Positions 1 to 12,744 of a stretch of 64,000 nt of DNA are shown one piece after another; the first letter of the stretch is position 1, and each line of letters opens with the position of its first letter. The DNA lies in NCBI GenBank assembly GCA_002269645.1, contig NIVC01000430.1, positions 1-64,000 of the forward strand, given 5' to 3'. A program made the translations under genes and the position numbers. Below the pieces are notes generated by a model. The model was not told the origin of the DNA. It saw nothing but the letters and a program-made list of their open reading frames with translations, and searched no databases. The stretch is from Macrostomum lignano (taxonomy: Eukaryota).

Positions 1-130
1 TTGGAAATTAATTTTATTTATAGAAGGTTGCCAATGAGCCAAAGTCGCGGCCAGCGCTGCGCAAGTTAAGCAGAGTTGGCCATGGTTAGTTAGTACGGTG
101 CTTGCATCCATCACATCAAGGCAGCCACAA

Positions 131-2104
131 TCAGCGAGTGACAAGCTGTAGAAACTGCACCCAGCCATCGCGGATGCGCAATTCGCAGCGGCTCGGGCGT
201 ATTTCAATGACACGCTGTTCACTCAGCGCCTGGTTGACTTTCGCGGCCGAAATGGTGACGCCGAACAGACGGACCAGAGCAGACAGCAGCCCAGAACCAG
301 GCCTGCACGGCGGACCCATCGTGCGGGTACTGGCCCCACCAGGTTGTACAGGATGAGGCAGACGCTGAGAACGTCTGTTAGGAACAAAACGAACACGTAG
401 AAGTTAACAGGTCGTCTAGTTTAGTAACCAAGCGACTGATTCGCCAGGACTCTCAGCCCGGAACTTCTCGATGTCGCCAACAAAGATGTATCGTTCGTGC
501 AGGCCAGACGCAGCCGGTGGGCCAAGTAACGAAACTCGCGCTCAAAAATCCAAGTGAAACTGCAGAACAGCAGGGCCGGATAGACCCAGGCTGCGGCTGA
601 GAACGCGGCTAAAGATGAACTCCAGGCAGGTGAGAATGCCGCGGCTTGCCTGCGTCCACGGCCTACGAGGGTGTAAGGCCTCATGAACACCCGCAGGAAC
701 CCGCTGTCCGCCCGAGCCACCCACGACAAGTAAGTAGCCAGCTCTAGCACCATCACCAGCGCTCCACCGCTACCGTGATCTTCGTACGTCGCTGAGTGCG
801 AATCTGAGGAAATACATGTGTAAATTAAAGCAGTAAAACGTAGTTTTGCATTACGGTTTAAGTCATCATGCTATCGGATTCTGTACGGATAGCTTTAAGG
901 CCCTGAGTCTTCATACTATCGGATTCTGTACGGGTAGCTTTAAGGCCTGTCTTCATGCTATCGGATTGTGTATGAGTAGCTTTAAGGCGTGTCTTCATGC
1001 TATCGAATTCTGTACGGGTAGCTTTTAAGCCTTGTATCTTCATGCTATCGAATTCTGTACGGGTAGCTTTAAGCCTTGTGTCTTCATGCTATCGAATTCT
1101 GTACGGTAGCTTTAAGCCTTGTGTCTTCATGCTATCGAATTCTGTACGGGTAGCTTTAAGCCTTGTATCTTCATGCTATCGAATTCTGTACGGGTAGCTT
1201 TAAGCCTTGTGTCTTCATGCTATCGAATTCTGTACGGGTAGCTTTAAGCCTTGTATCTTCATGCTATCGAATTCTGTACGGGTAGCTTTAAGCCTTGTAT
1301 CTTCATGCTATCGAATTCTGTACGGGTAGCTTTAAGCCTTGTGTCTTCATGCTATCGAATTCTGTACGGGTAGCTTTAAGCCTTGTATCTTCATGCTATC
1401 GAATTCTGTAACGGGTAGCTTTAAGCCTTGTATCTTCATGCTATCGAATTCTGTACGGGTAGCTTTAAGCCTTTGTCTTCATGCTATCGAATTCTGTACG
1501 GGTAGCTTTAAGCCTTGTACTTCATGCTATCGAATTCTGTACGGGTAGCTTTAAGCCTTGTGTCTTGTGTAAGCTAGTGAGTCCCCAATTACCTGTAAGC
1601 CAGGTTGTGCGCTTGCCCATAAATTCGTGACACGCCTTGAAGAATCGCGGAAATTTGCCGGAAGCGCGAACATCACGGAGGTGGCCACCGCCGTCTGAAT
1701 ATAAATGGCGTGCTGCGTCAGCTTGAAGAACAACAGCGAGTCGAACTTCTCCTGGCCCCAGTCGTAAACGAAGAAGAATCGAAGCGCGTTGAACCAGGCG
1801 GCCAGCAGCACGAGGCCCGAGTAGATGTAGCTGTTGGTGAACTTTGGGGCCGCTCGGCCGCCCTTCTGACGTGTATGGAAAACGCCGAACAGCTTGAGAA
1901 CCATGAACAGCGGTGTAGCGGACTGTAGAGAGACACGTAGCTCCGCTTGTAGTTGGTGCCTTGCTCGCTGTGCCCGATCTGCGCCAGATCCTCCAGCTGG
2001 GAGAGGCTCCTCTGGCCCAGCTTCTGCAGTGAGTGCCGGGCGCTGGACGAGGCAAACTGATAGTCCAGCCGTACCGCCCGCTGGGCCGCCAGCTTTTTAT
2101 CCAC
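131..2104 (-). CDS. Gustatory-receptor-like (GRL, 7TMIC superfamily) gene, at least 2 exons, frameshifted in this assembly
   Basis: Joining frames gives SLYSPL[H]PLFMVLKLFGVFH...SGLVLLAAWFNALRFFFVYDWGQEKFDSLLFFKLTQHAIYIQ...PGLQ | IRTQRRTKITVAV[G]ALVMVLE...AWVYPALLFCSFTWIFEREF...L[G]DIEKFR...LDDL...LSVCLILYNLV...ISAAKVNQA. Phase-0 intron: donor CAG|GTAATT after 1593, acceptor TCCTCAG before 803. The motifs match my recollection of non-insect GRLs. The C-terminal TM7 is unresolved near the window edge. Confidence 0.65.
865..1562. repeat. 44-bp minisatellite in the GRL intron
   Basis: Unit CTTCATGCTATCGAATTCTGTACGGGTAGCTTTAAGCCTTGT(G/A)T; e.g. copies start at 1213 and 1257. Confidence 0.95.
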
Positions 2105-3098
2105 ACCGTCCAGCTGCGGAGCTGCCGCCGGCGTCGCTCAGCATCGACTGGCGTGAGGCCTTGCGCAGGCGCGCCAGATCCGGCGCCGACAGGAGGCCGC
2201 GAATTCGGGGCGAGCGGCGAGGCCAGCCGAGGCACCCCGTAGTAGACGCTGCCGGTGTCGTCGGCTGCCGGAGATCAGCGAGGACTGCCTGCGGTGCGGC
2301 GCGGTGCCGCAGTCGGTGGTGTAGGCGCCGATTCGTCCGAGTCCGCGTCAGCCGAGCGTTTCAACCGCTGCAGAGTTTCTAAAAGCTCCGGCGTCGGGGC
2401 GACACGCCTACTCGACGTCGAGGCTGTCGACGATCTGTCGCATGATCGAGCTGCAGGTCCGGCACCGCAGCTGAGCAGCTCCGGAACTTGTCAATCCGCA
2501 ACGTGACCACGTCTTCGTAGGTGTCCGTCTCCAGCGTCTCCGTGGCCGGGTCCGTGGCAGTCTGGATCACCAGAGTAGCAGGGATCTCGACAGCCATCAC
2601 GGAACTGTCCGCCGGCGGCGTTTCGTCTAGCACATCGACAATTGCGGCGGCAGCGGTTTCTGCAGCGGGTGCCTCCTTCTCTTCGTCAGACTGGAATGCC
2701 TCGTTCTCGAAGAACAGCCGGTTCACCGCCGACCAACTGACGAGACCTCACTGATGCCGCGCTTCCGTCGACGGTCCCTGAGCGTCTCGTCCGCTGCGAC
2801 AGGGTCGGTGGAGGCGGCTGCGGCGGCAGTGCTCTGTCAGCCGCTGCAGGCGATGCCGCTGCCGTTCTGTGCCGTCTGCGCCGTTGTTCGGCGCGGTTTT
2901 ACGCGCATCGACATCGCCCGAGATGGTTGGCAACGCCGCTCTGGCCGGTTTCCATGTCACTACCAACGTTGCTATTGACAACGGAGTCCTGGCCGCAAGC
3001 CGACTGGCTGGCGCCGGCCTCTTTGCCGCCGCAAGCGTTGAACTCATTGAGGCTCTGCCATCGGCGCATGCTGGTGACCGCGCGAGAGTCGGGAGCAA
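2105..3098 (-). CDS. Possible low-complexity N-terminal coding region of the GRL gene (fragmented ORFs)
   Basis: GC-rich, codon-like DNA contiguous with the GRL exon. ORFs 2748-3098 and 2379-2726 (acidic/Ala/Thr-rich) lie in different frames. No recognisable domain. Confidence 0.3.
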
Positions 3099-3587
3099 GG
3101 GAAACTTCTGCTCTTCGCCGAGGGAGCTTGTGAGCAGAAGAAAGTCTAGTTTGAGCAGTGCAGAGCTTATCAGAGGTTGTCACAATGCAGAAAGCAGGTT
3201 AAGATTGGCTCGGCAGGTTTTTTGTAGAAATTTTAAATGCTTCTTTCTTATCTTCTGCAACAGTCGTATCCATTGGCGCGGTTGTCTCCGGTTGAAATTT
3301 ATTGTTTTTTAAGCCTACCAGTTTTTCCAAGATATGTCTGATATCAGCTAGCAGCGGAGGCCAGTATTTCAGGAGTCCATGGCAAACTGCTGCACCGCCA
3401 AGTCTAAAAGCAGCTAGCCTTAAAATAAATTTAAATGAATTGAATATTGCGCACTAATTCTTGTTATTTATTCTTGTCGATTGATATAAGAGAGAGATGG
3501 GAGAGAATACGCTCGTGGAATATGTTAGATTATGCAAAATATATGAGATGGAGTAGAGATAGTGTGGATCGAAAATTTGAACAGGTG

Positions 3588-3880
3588 AGATCAGAGTGAG
3601 ATAAAGGTGAGACATGTGAGATCAAAGCGAGATAAAGGTGAGACATGTGAGATCAGAATGAGATAAAGGTGGGGCATGTGAGATCAAAGTGAGATAAAGG
3701 TGAGATATGTGAGATCAAAGTGAGATAAAGGTGAGATATGTGAGATCAAAGTGAGATAAAGGGGAGACAAAGATGAGACGTGAGATCAAAGTGAGAAAAA
3801 GGTGAGACATGTGAGATCAAAGTGAGATAAAGGTGAGGTAGGTGAGATCAAAGTGAGATAAAGGTGAGACAGGTGAGACA
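3588..3880. repeat. 31-bp minisatellite
   Basis: Unit GTGAGATCAAAGTGAGATAAAGGTGAGACAT. Confidence 0.9.
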
Positions 3881-4509
3881 AGTAACAAAAAGAGCAGCAA
3901 AGCAGAGCTTGCTCTAAAGGTTAGCAGCTCTTGCAGCTGCTCAACGAAACAGCAACAAGAAGATCTCAAATAGACTAATTAGATTTCTTCACCCCTGCCG
4001 GTCGGGCCACTCCCAGAAATGAATTTCTTCGAAGTATTTTAGCGCACACCCCCAACCACACAGGCGCCACTCCTCGACTTGTTATCGAGCAGCCAATTCG
4101 CAAATGGCTGGCGCCTCGCTTTCCTTTATCAGTTCGGTCACACAAGGCACTATTGGATTGGATTGGACTATATTGGACAGAGCAGCTGGCAGGTAATGAA
4201 TGCAAAAGGCGACGGAGTCGTGTTTAAAGTCCCCACGCCGCATTTTGGACCCTCTTGGCAACCGCTATCCCTCTGAGCTGACCAAGATACGAGATAAAAC
4301 TCAGCTAAACGCTCAAGGTGCAAAAGGTGCAAAGCGAGATCGTGACCTGAAGGAGTCGTCTTGAGCCCACCGTCTGTTCGGAATCCAAGAGCTACCTGCA
4401 GCTGCGACCATCCCATTGAACTGAGTAAGCCTTAGTTTCGTTATTAATTAATTGCTAGTTTATTTTCAGTGCAGCAAGCGCAGCACATTGAAAACAGAAC
4501 TGGAGCTAA

Positions 4510-5195
4510 CCAGCCAACACACCAGTTATCCAACCATCTAACAACCAACCAGCTAACACACACAGTCATCCAACCAACTAACAACCAACCAGCTAACACA
4601 CACCGTCATCCAACCAACTAACCAAACCAGCTAACACACCAGTTATCCAACCAACTAACAACCAACCAGCTAACACACACCGTCATCCAACCAACTAACC
4701 AAACCAGCTAACACACCAGTTATCCAACCAACTAACAACCAACCAGCTAACACACACACAGTCCTCCAACCAACTATAACCAAACCAGCTAACACACCAG
4801 TCATCCAACCAACTAACCAGACCAGCTAACACGCCAGTCATCCAACCAACTAACCAAACCAGCTAACACACAGTCCTCCAACCAACTAACCAGACCAGCT
4901 AACACGCCAGTCATCCAACCAACTAACCAAACCAGCTAACACACCAGTCATCCAACCAACTAACCAAACCAGCTAACACACCAGTCATCCAACCAACTAA
5001 CCAAACCAGCTAACACACCAGTCATCCAACCAACTAACCAAACCAGCTAACACACCAGTCATCCAACCAACTAACCAAACCAGCTAACACACCAGTCATC
5101 CAACCAACTAACCAAACCAGCTAACACACCAGTCATCCAACCAACTAACCAAACCAGCTAACACACCAGTCATCCAACCAACTAACCAAACCAGC
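4510..5195. repeat. 37-bp C/A-rich minisatellite upstream of the aquaporin
   Basis: Unit CCAACCAACTAACCAAACCAGCTAACACACCAGTCAT. Confidence 0.95.
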
Positions 5196-5325
5196 CAATC
5201 GTTAAACGAGTTATCGGAACAAATTTTCAACTAAAAGCTAATTCAGTTCCAGCCATAGACAAGTGCTACGTGTATCATTTACGCTTGATAAGGAAGTTTT
5301 ATTCAAATATTGAGATGAAGTCTAG

Positions 5326-6429
<1,104 letters not shown>

Positions 6430-8155
6430 ATGACACCAAATAAGCAGCGCATCGGTAAAAAGGATGTGGGCTGAAGCTCATTGTGGAAGCTAAAGGTGAA
6501 GCAGCAGCACAATGGGTGTAAAAATTACCGTTGACATGACCCTTAAAGATGGAGAAGCCTATAGCTATACGTGGATTGGATATGGCTATGCTGGGTCAAC
6601 ATTGACTTGCATTCGCTATTTTCAACTCAATCTACTGATGTAAATCTATTTCAAAATGTTATTTGTTTTATTTGTTCGACTTTTGCACCGGGTAATAATG
6701 TATACAATCTATTTATAGTTTCGGGAGGCTTTTATCCGTACTTACTAAATAAGTAGCGTATTCCTTCTTGTACATATTATCAAATCAATCTTTTTATAAC
6801 TGCAGATTCAATAATAGACCGCGGAGCGAACTCGTGCAACGAACTTGTGTGTTATACTATATTGGACATTGTTGGATATATCGGACATATATTGGGGGTT
6901 CCATGAGAATTGCCCGCAGACGTATTGCCCACCGAGCTTTTCCCGATGAAACTTTGCCCACAATGCTTTTTTCCTGCAGCGTATCTAGCCACGCGGCAGA
7001 TTTTGTCTGCGTTGCCTCCCAGTGCTTAGTAAGTCTTAATAAAGAGAATTAGGGACAGAGCGACATGGCATATGCATGAACTAATAGCTCACAGATGTAC
7101 CCCAGTTACCATCAAAACGTTTTGGTCGGATAAATCTTTTAAAGAGTTACTAAGCATTGCGGGCAAATCTCGGCGGGCTCTATGGCAAAACCCCCCCATT
7201 CAGCGTTAATTCGTTTCCTAGAGAGCATGCAAAATGCACTAGCGATAGCGATACGACAGGTATGCTTTCCTTACCGCCCAGCTAATTTCTAAGAAAATCG
7301 AGTTTAGCAGTCCTACTTCAGTTATCCGTGGCTCGACCCTTCGCAATTGGTTTCAATGTGTACACCCTATATATACACCCCATGCGCGCACTCCCAAGTG
7401 GTTTTTGTTGCAGTACTGAGAGGTGGCACAGGTAAAACTCAAGAGAAAAATAAAACTTTATCGCTTGGGCGCAGTGCGCAGCCGCGAGCACCGATGCAGG
7501 TTGCATTCCGATTTTGCCAGAAGTTCAACTACATTTTGAAGACTTTTCGTTCATAAATTGGCTATAGCTTGCAGCCATAAACTTTTTTGAAACAATTCAA
7601 TAAAGTTCGATGTAATTAAATGTTAAAAGTCTGCGGAACCAGGGGGAGCTACATTTTAATATGTTAGCTGTTAATTTTGTAGGCTGAAGCCTACAAAAGG
7701 CTTACAAAATCTGCTTCTTTTTCTGCGGTATGCTCGTCTTATTAGATTACTAGTAGTAGTCTGATTGGAAATGGCTTATTATTTATAAACATCGATTCTC
7801 TTTTCTCACTTTATAGAGCTGAATCTAATCCAACTATGGAAAATTTGATTCGTCGATAGCTCGATGATATGAGCAGGACGATGCGCGAATGTTTATTGAG
7901 TAAGTACGTTCAGCAATGAACAGCTGCTATTCTTCATTCTACACAAGAATAGAGGTAAAAAAAGCACGACCTGGTGACAAGGCTTGGCTTCATGCGACAC
8001 ACTACTAACATTCTAAGCCTGCTCCGTTCACTGGCCTGAGAAGAGAGAGAGAAAGAGAGCAGAGTGAGTGAGGACAGAAGATACACCTGGGGCAGACAGC
8101 AGGTCTGTACGGCCTGCCCCACCGCCCCACAGTGTACGCGGCTGCCCCGTCCAAC

Positions 8156-8170
8156 GTTGCCCCTGACAAC
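8156..8170. promoter_or_regulatory. X-box-like (RFX) site upstream of the ciliary gene DNAI7
   Basis: GTTGCCCCTGACAAC resembles GTNRCC-N(0-3)-RGYAAC with one mismatch; it lies about 290 bp upstream of the ATG. Confidence 0.35.
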
Positions 8171-8451
8171 AGCGCGAGCCCGGCCCGCCAATTCAAAACT
8201 GAAGCAACGATAGAATTTTTTCTACAGCACTTCTCAAATTTGCATTCTTTAGCCGAGAAGCCAGCACTCAGCAATCGGTTAGACAGGCCCATTGTGCTGC
8301 GTGCCTGCAGAAAGCATTGTTGAAGTTGCTCCTTGTTCCCGCCAGAGCCTTGTCCCCTGGCATCCGGCTTCCGGCCAGAAGCAGCAGAAAACGCAATTTG
8401 TGAAGAGTTGGCCCATCGTATATATAAAAGACCCCACAGCAGCTCAGCAGC

Positions 8452-10992
8452 ATGCCATCATCTGGCAAGAAGGGCGGCAAGGGTGACAAGGAGAAGCGAA
8501 AGCGCGAGGCCGAGGAGCGCAGACGAATAGCAGAGGAGGAGGAGCGAATTCGCCAGGAGCAAGAGGAGCGGGAGCGCAGGAAACGCGAGAAAACGGAGGC
8601 CGAAGAGCGCAAGAAGCGGGAGAAGGCGGAGCAGAAGGTGCGCATAGTGGAGCTGGCCCAGCTGCGCGCTCTGCTTGGCGGCTACCACGCCAGCCGGGAT
8701 GCCCATTTTGCCGCTCTGCGCCGCGACGAGCGCTGGCGACGCTACCTGCGCTGCGACGGCTCTCCGGACCCGGTGGTGCTGCCCGAGATCAACACCTACA
8801 TGGTGGCCTGGCGCGAGGACGACAAGCGGGTGCTTATCGAGGACGTGCTTGAAGACTCCAAGCCCTGTCTGGGCTTAATCGCCGAGCTCGAGGACCACCT
8901 GGCTGATGACGAAGCCAGTCCGGAGCAGGTGCGGCAGTACCGCGGCACCATCGCCGATCTGCAGGCGCTGCTGCAGCAGAAGCTCAGCCGGGCAACCTAC
9001 GAGATGCTGAGGCGGGGCGCCAACGCGGCAGACTCCGAGACCATGAACCTGCAGGCCGTGTGGCGCAGCGACACGATCTGCCTGTGCCTGTGGGGCAACC
9101 TTAGCAAGAACCCGCGCATCAAGACATTCGAGTTCCCCGAGTCCGGCATCGGCTTCGACATTCCCAAGGCGTTGACAAAAGTTGGTTGCGCCTACCAGTT
9201 CCTGCTCACCACCTTCGACCATTATTCGCCCCAGTCGGCCAGTTTCTACGCTGTACCAATCAAAAAGGAAGAAGAGGTGGAGCCAGTTGTCGAGGAGGCC
9301 GAAGCGGCGGACGAGGCGGAGGGCGAGGGCGAAGGAGCTGAGAAGGGAGAAGAGCAGGTGGAAGAAGAGCCGGTCCGGGAACCGACTATGGACCTGATGG
9401 CGGAGCTGCAGCGAATGGACGGCGAGGAGCCGGAGGAGAAGGAGCCAGAGCCCGAGCCGGAGGAGGAGCTCGAGACACCTGAAGAGGACCTCTGCGTGTC
9501 GCCACCACCGATGGAGTTCGAGGACTTCGATGGCGAAGAGGACGCAATGGATCTTCGCGGGTATCACACAATCGGCCCGGTGATGCAGTTCAACATTCTC
9601 CAGCTGCCGCCGCAGCCGCAGAACAAACGCGGCTGGACGATCGTGCAGCACCTGGTGCCGCCTCAGCCAGTGAGCTTCGACTATCACCCCCAGCCGATTG
9701 TGCGCAAGGAAATCGAGGAGCTGCAGCAGCCCGACGAAGCCGGCGACGTGAATTCGGTGACTGAAGGCAGCAACCCAACGACTGTGAGCAACCAACTCAC
9801 CGCCACCAGCACGCAGCAGCAAGCAGCCAACAAGAAGCAGCCAGAGATTGAGAATCCGCCCATTTCGGTGAGCTTCAAGCTCCCATCGAATGTGTTCTAT
9901 GCCGAGGAACCTAAGGTGGCTTGCTGGGACGCCGAGCGCAAGGAGTGGCGCACGGACGGCATCGAGGTGACCAAATTCGACGAGGACAAGCGCGTCCTGA
10001 ATTTCCGCACTTCGGTGTTCGGCACTCTGGGCTTCCTGCAGGACTTCCACATCAATATGCCATTCCAGCAGTGGGAGCTTCGGCCGCTCGGCACCCGCAG
10101 CTGCCGGCTGAGCATCATCGCCAGCATCAACGAAGTGGCAATCCATGTCAAGGAGGACCTGGTCTGTATCCCGGAGACGCCATCAGACGCTGCTGAAGAC
10201 AGTCCGGAAGCAGACCCGGAGGTGCAGCTGGGCAAGCGGGAGCTTTCGCACCTGGAGGGCAAATGGATGCCTGTCAGAAGCCTCATCGCCTGTCTGCGTG
10301 CCGCAGGCGTTAACCTGTTCCCGCGCGAGGACTCGTCCAAGCACGTGGATGTGCCCGACAAGAGCAGCATTGCAGAACAGCGCCTCTACGAGCAGATGGC
10401 CCTGCTCAGCCCAGTCATGGCTTTTGCCTGGAGCCGCTGGAACTCGGAAATCAAGGACCGCGAGTCGCTCATCGTACAGGTGAATTATTTTCAAATTGGG
10501 TCACACCCTATAGATACCGCACCCTGAGAGTTCTCTACATGCAAGTAATGAAATTGGCTATGCGCAAACGTCATAGGACTTGATCACCCATTTGACTTAT
10601 TAGGATTTTTATAAGCCACAGTAAAGAGTGAACGGCGGGAGCAACGTTTGATTCGTTGAAAACCTCGTTATCTTATTAGTTTAGCATCGAAAACATCGAA
10701 AATTGACGTCCCACAGGCCTGCGAGCATATGGAGGACTGCCCGGTTAACGAAGATGACTATTACCTGTTCACCGTCACCCGGAGACACGTCCGCCGGCTC
10801 AAGATCAAGGAGTTCGCCGAGGAGTTCAGCGACGAGCCGGACGAGGCGGTTGGTTATCACGCGGATTTCTACAATTCGTTCCAAGAGTTCAGCAGCCAAG
10901 AGGCCAAGGACAGGGTGGCCGAGGTGGACTTCCAGTACCTCAAGACCGTTACGGACCTCCTGTCGGCCACCCGGATGCTGGTGTTCTCATGA
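8452..10992 (+). CDS. DNAI7: Dynein axonemal intermediate chain 7 (CFAP94/CASC1/LAS1); exons 8452-10479 and 10717-10992
   Basis: N-terminal K/E/R coiled coil followed by RYLRCDGSPDP...EINTYMVAW (Casc1_N) and WGNLSKNPR, VACWD...W, FQQWELRP. Donor CAG|GTGAAT at 10479, acceptor CCACAG| at 10716, in frame to TGA at 10990-10992. Confidence 0.9.
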
Positions 10993-11654
10993 GCCCGATG
11001 GCTGCATACATGTAGCTTAACCTGTGCTCACTGGTGTCCTTTAAATATCTCGGCGAAAGTTTAAAACAATGACTTTTTAATGTTTTAAAGAGCAAGATGC
11101 TCTTCTGTGAAACCACTTTTCTATTTCCGTTGCTTAATCCAAAAATGTGCGAATGCCGACTTCAAATAGACGCCTGCAACAGAGTAAATATATGTAAGAG
11201 TTTACAGTAGACATGAATTCCGTTTAATTTAGGCTACGCTCGTACATGTGTAACAGCGTTCTGAAGTAGCTCAGTCATTTCTATCCTACAGGTGTCAAAG
11301 AAGGTCTTCGAAGTTAATTAGATTCGATGCAGACTGGAGTAAGAACTCGCTGACACGGTTGAAATCGAGGTGAACTATTAAAAAATGCAAAATAAGCCCT
11401 TTGCAGATCGTCTTGGATGCTTGTCCGTCGTCTTTGGGGCTTGGGCACCCAAAATTAGCCGCGAGTGGTCGTGCGATTCACACAACAACGAGGGCCAACC
11501 CACGAAGGCACAGATTGAGTGTACATATCTGACGATTAGAAATTCAAAGGGCCGCTGCACACCCTTTGTGAGCGTCTGCGTGAGTATTGGCGCGATTGCA
11601 TTTGCTCAAGGAGTCCGCGGGATGGGCAGAATTATTTATAACTTATTTTTATCT

Positions 11655-12262
11655 AACAACAACAACAACAACAACAAACTATAGCAACGCACCTTGGCTT
11701 GCCCACTTGCCCAGGCAAGCCAAGTTGGGTTGGGTTGTCAAAAGGCGCGCGCAAGCGCAGATTTGCGCAGAATAGCGAGTCCGCGGGGGTTGGAGATTTC
11801 AGCGGCTCTTAAAAGCAGGTCGACGAAACGCGGACTTCTCGCCTGACCAAGCCGCCGCGGCCCTTGAAGGGATAGCAGCAGCACGTCTTGAAGCGGCTCA
11901 GGGCAGTACTGCTCTGCCCGGATGACCTGGCTGGCCAGCTGTAGGCGCCGGATGCGCAGGGCTGGGTCGGGAGAGCTGGGCCCGTCGGTATAACTCGTCA
12001 TTGCTGGTGTTGGTGGTGGCGGTCGGCGAGTAGTGGACACTGAAGGCGGCTCTCAGGAGTCCAGCGTGAACGGCGTCGAGTTGCCGCTCCTGCGGGCCGG
12101 TCAGTGTCCACGTTTCAGCATTGTAAAGGAGGACGGTTTCAATGACGGCCTGGAACAGCCGCCCTCTCAGCCGATCCGGCAGGGCGGGGCTCTGCAGGAC
12201 AGTCCGCACGGTGCGGAATGCGCCCCAGGCAAGCGCCCTGCGTCGTGCTATGTCCTCCGTGA
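11655..12262 (-). mobile_element. 5'-truncated non-LTR retrotransposon (RTE/L2-like 3' end), degenerate
   Basis: Translation ARRRALAWGAF...RLFQAVIETVLLYNAETWTLT...LDAVHAGLLRAA...NDELYRR...RIRRLQLASQVIR is typical of the RT thumb/C-terminus. It is frameshifted and ends in a (GTT)n tail at about 11655-11678. No TSD seen. Confidence 0.8.
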
Positions 12263-12744
12263 TCTAAGTAAAACGTGAAGTTAACCAAATGCAACTAAGA
12301 ACTTATTTGCAATCGAAAATTGAGCCGTAAATGACCAGCAGGTCAACTCGTATTTGAGAGCAATTTATTTTTCGCTAGCCAAACAAACTAAATAACATTA
12401 TAAGAACAGATGTGGAACAAACCAATAATCAAGGTTAGCTAGGCGTTGCTGCTAGTTGGGCGTCAATGATTTCAGTTCAGAGGTGTGAACACATCTGCAC
12501 AGGTGTAGTCAGGTATTTTGAATCAGAGAGTCATTAATGGGGATTGCAGCAGTACAGAGAGATGTTTGATGGAGGTGCACAATGGACTGGCAAGTCCCTT
12601 TAAGTGGAACTCCAAGCAAAGATGAGGACACTTTTCTTAGAAAATGCTTGAAAGTTTGTTGTCATGCTGTATGAAATTTATAAACTTTCAAGTTCTCAAC
12701 AGCGTGTCCATTACATCTACTTTGAGCAGTGCAGTGGCGCTCAG

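Noticed and set aside
8419-8428. TATA-like TATATAAAAG before DNAI7
   Set aside because: Only about 24 bp from the ATG, leaving almost no 5' UTR; cannot be supported without TSS data.
8875-10146. 423-aa antisense ORF
   Set aside because: Shadow of the GC3-rich DNAI7 CDS with no recognisable domain. The same applies to antisense ORFs over the AQP, GST and secreted-protein genes.
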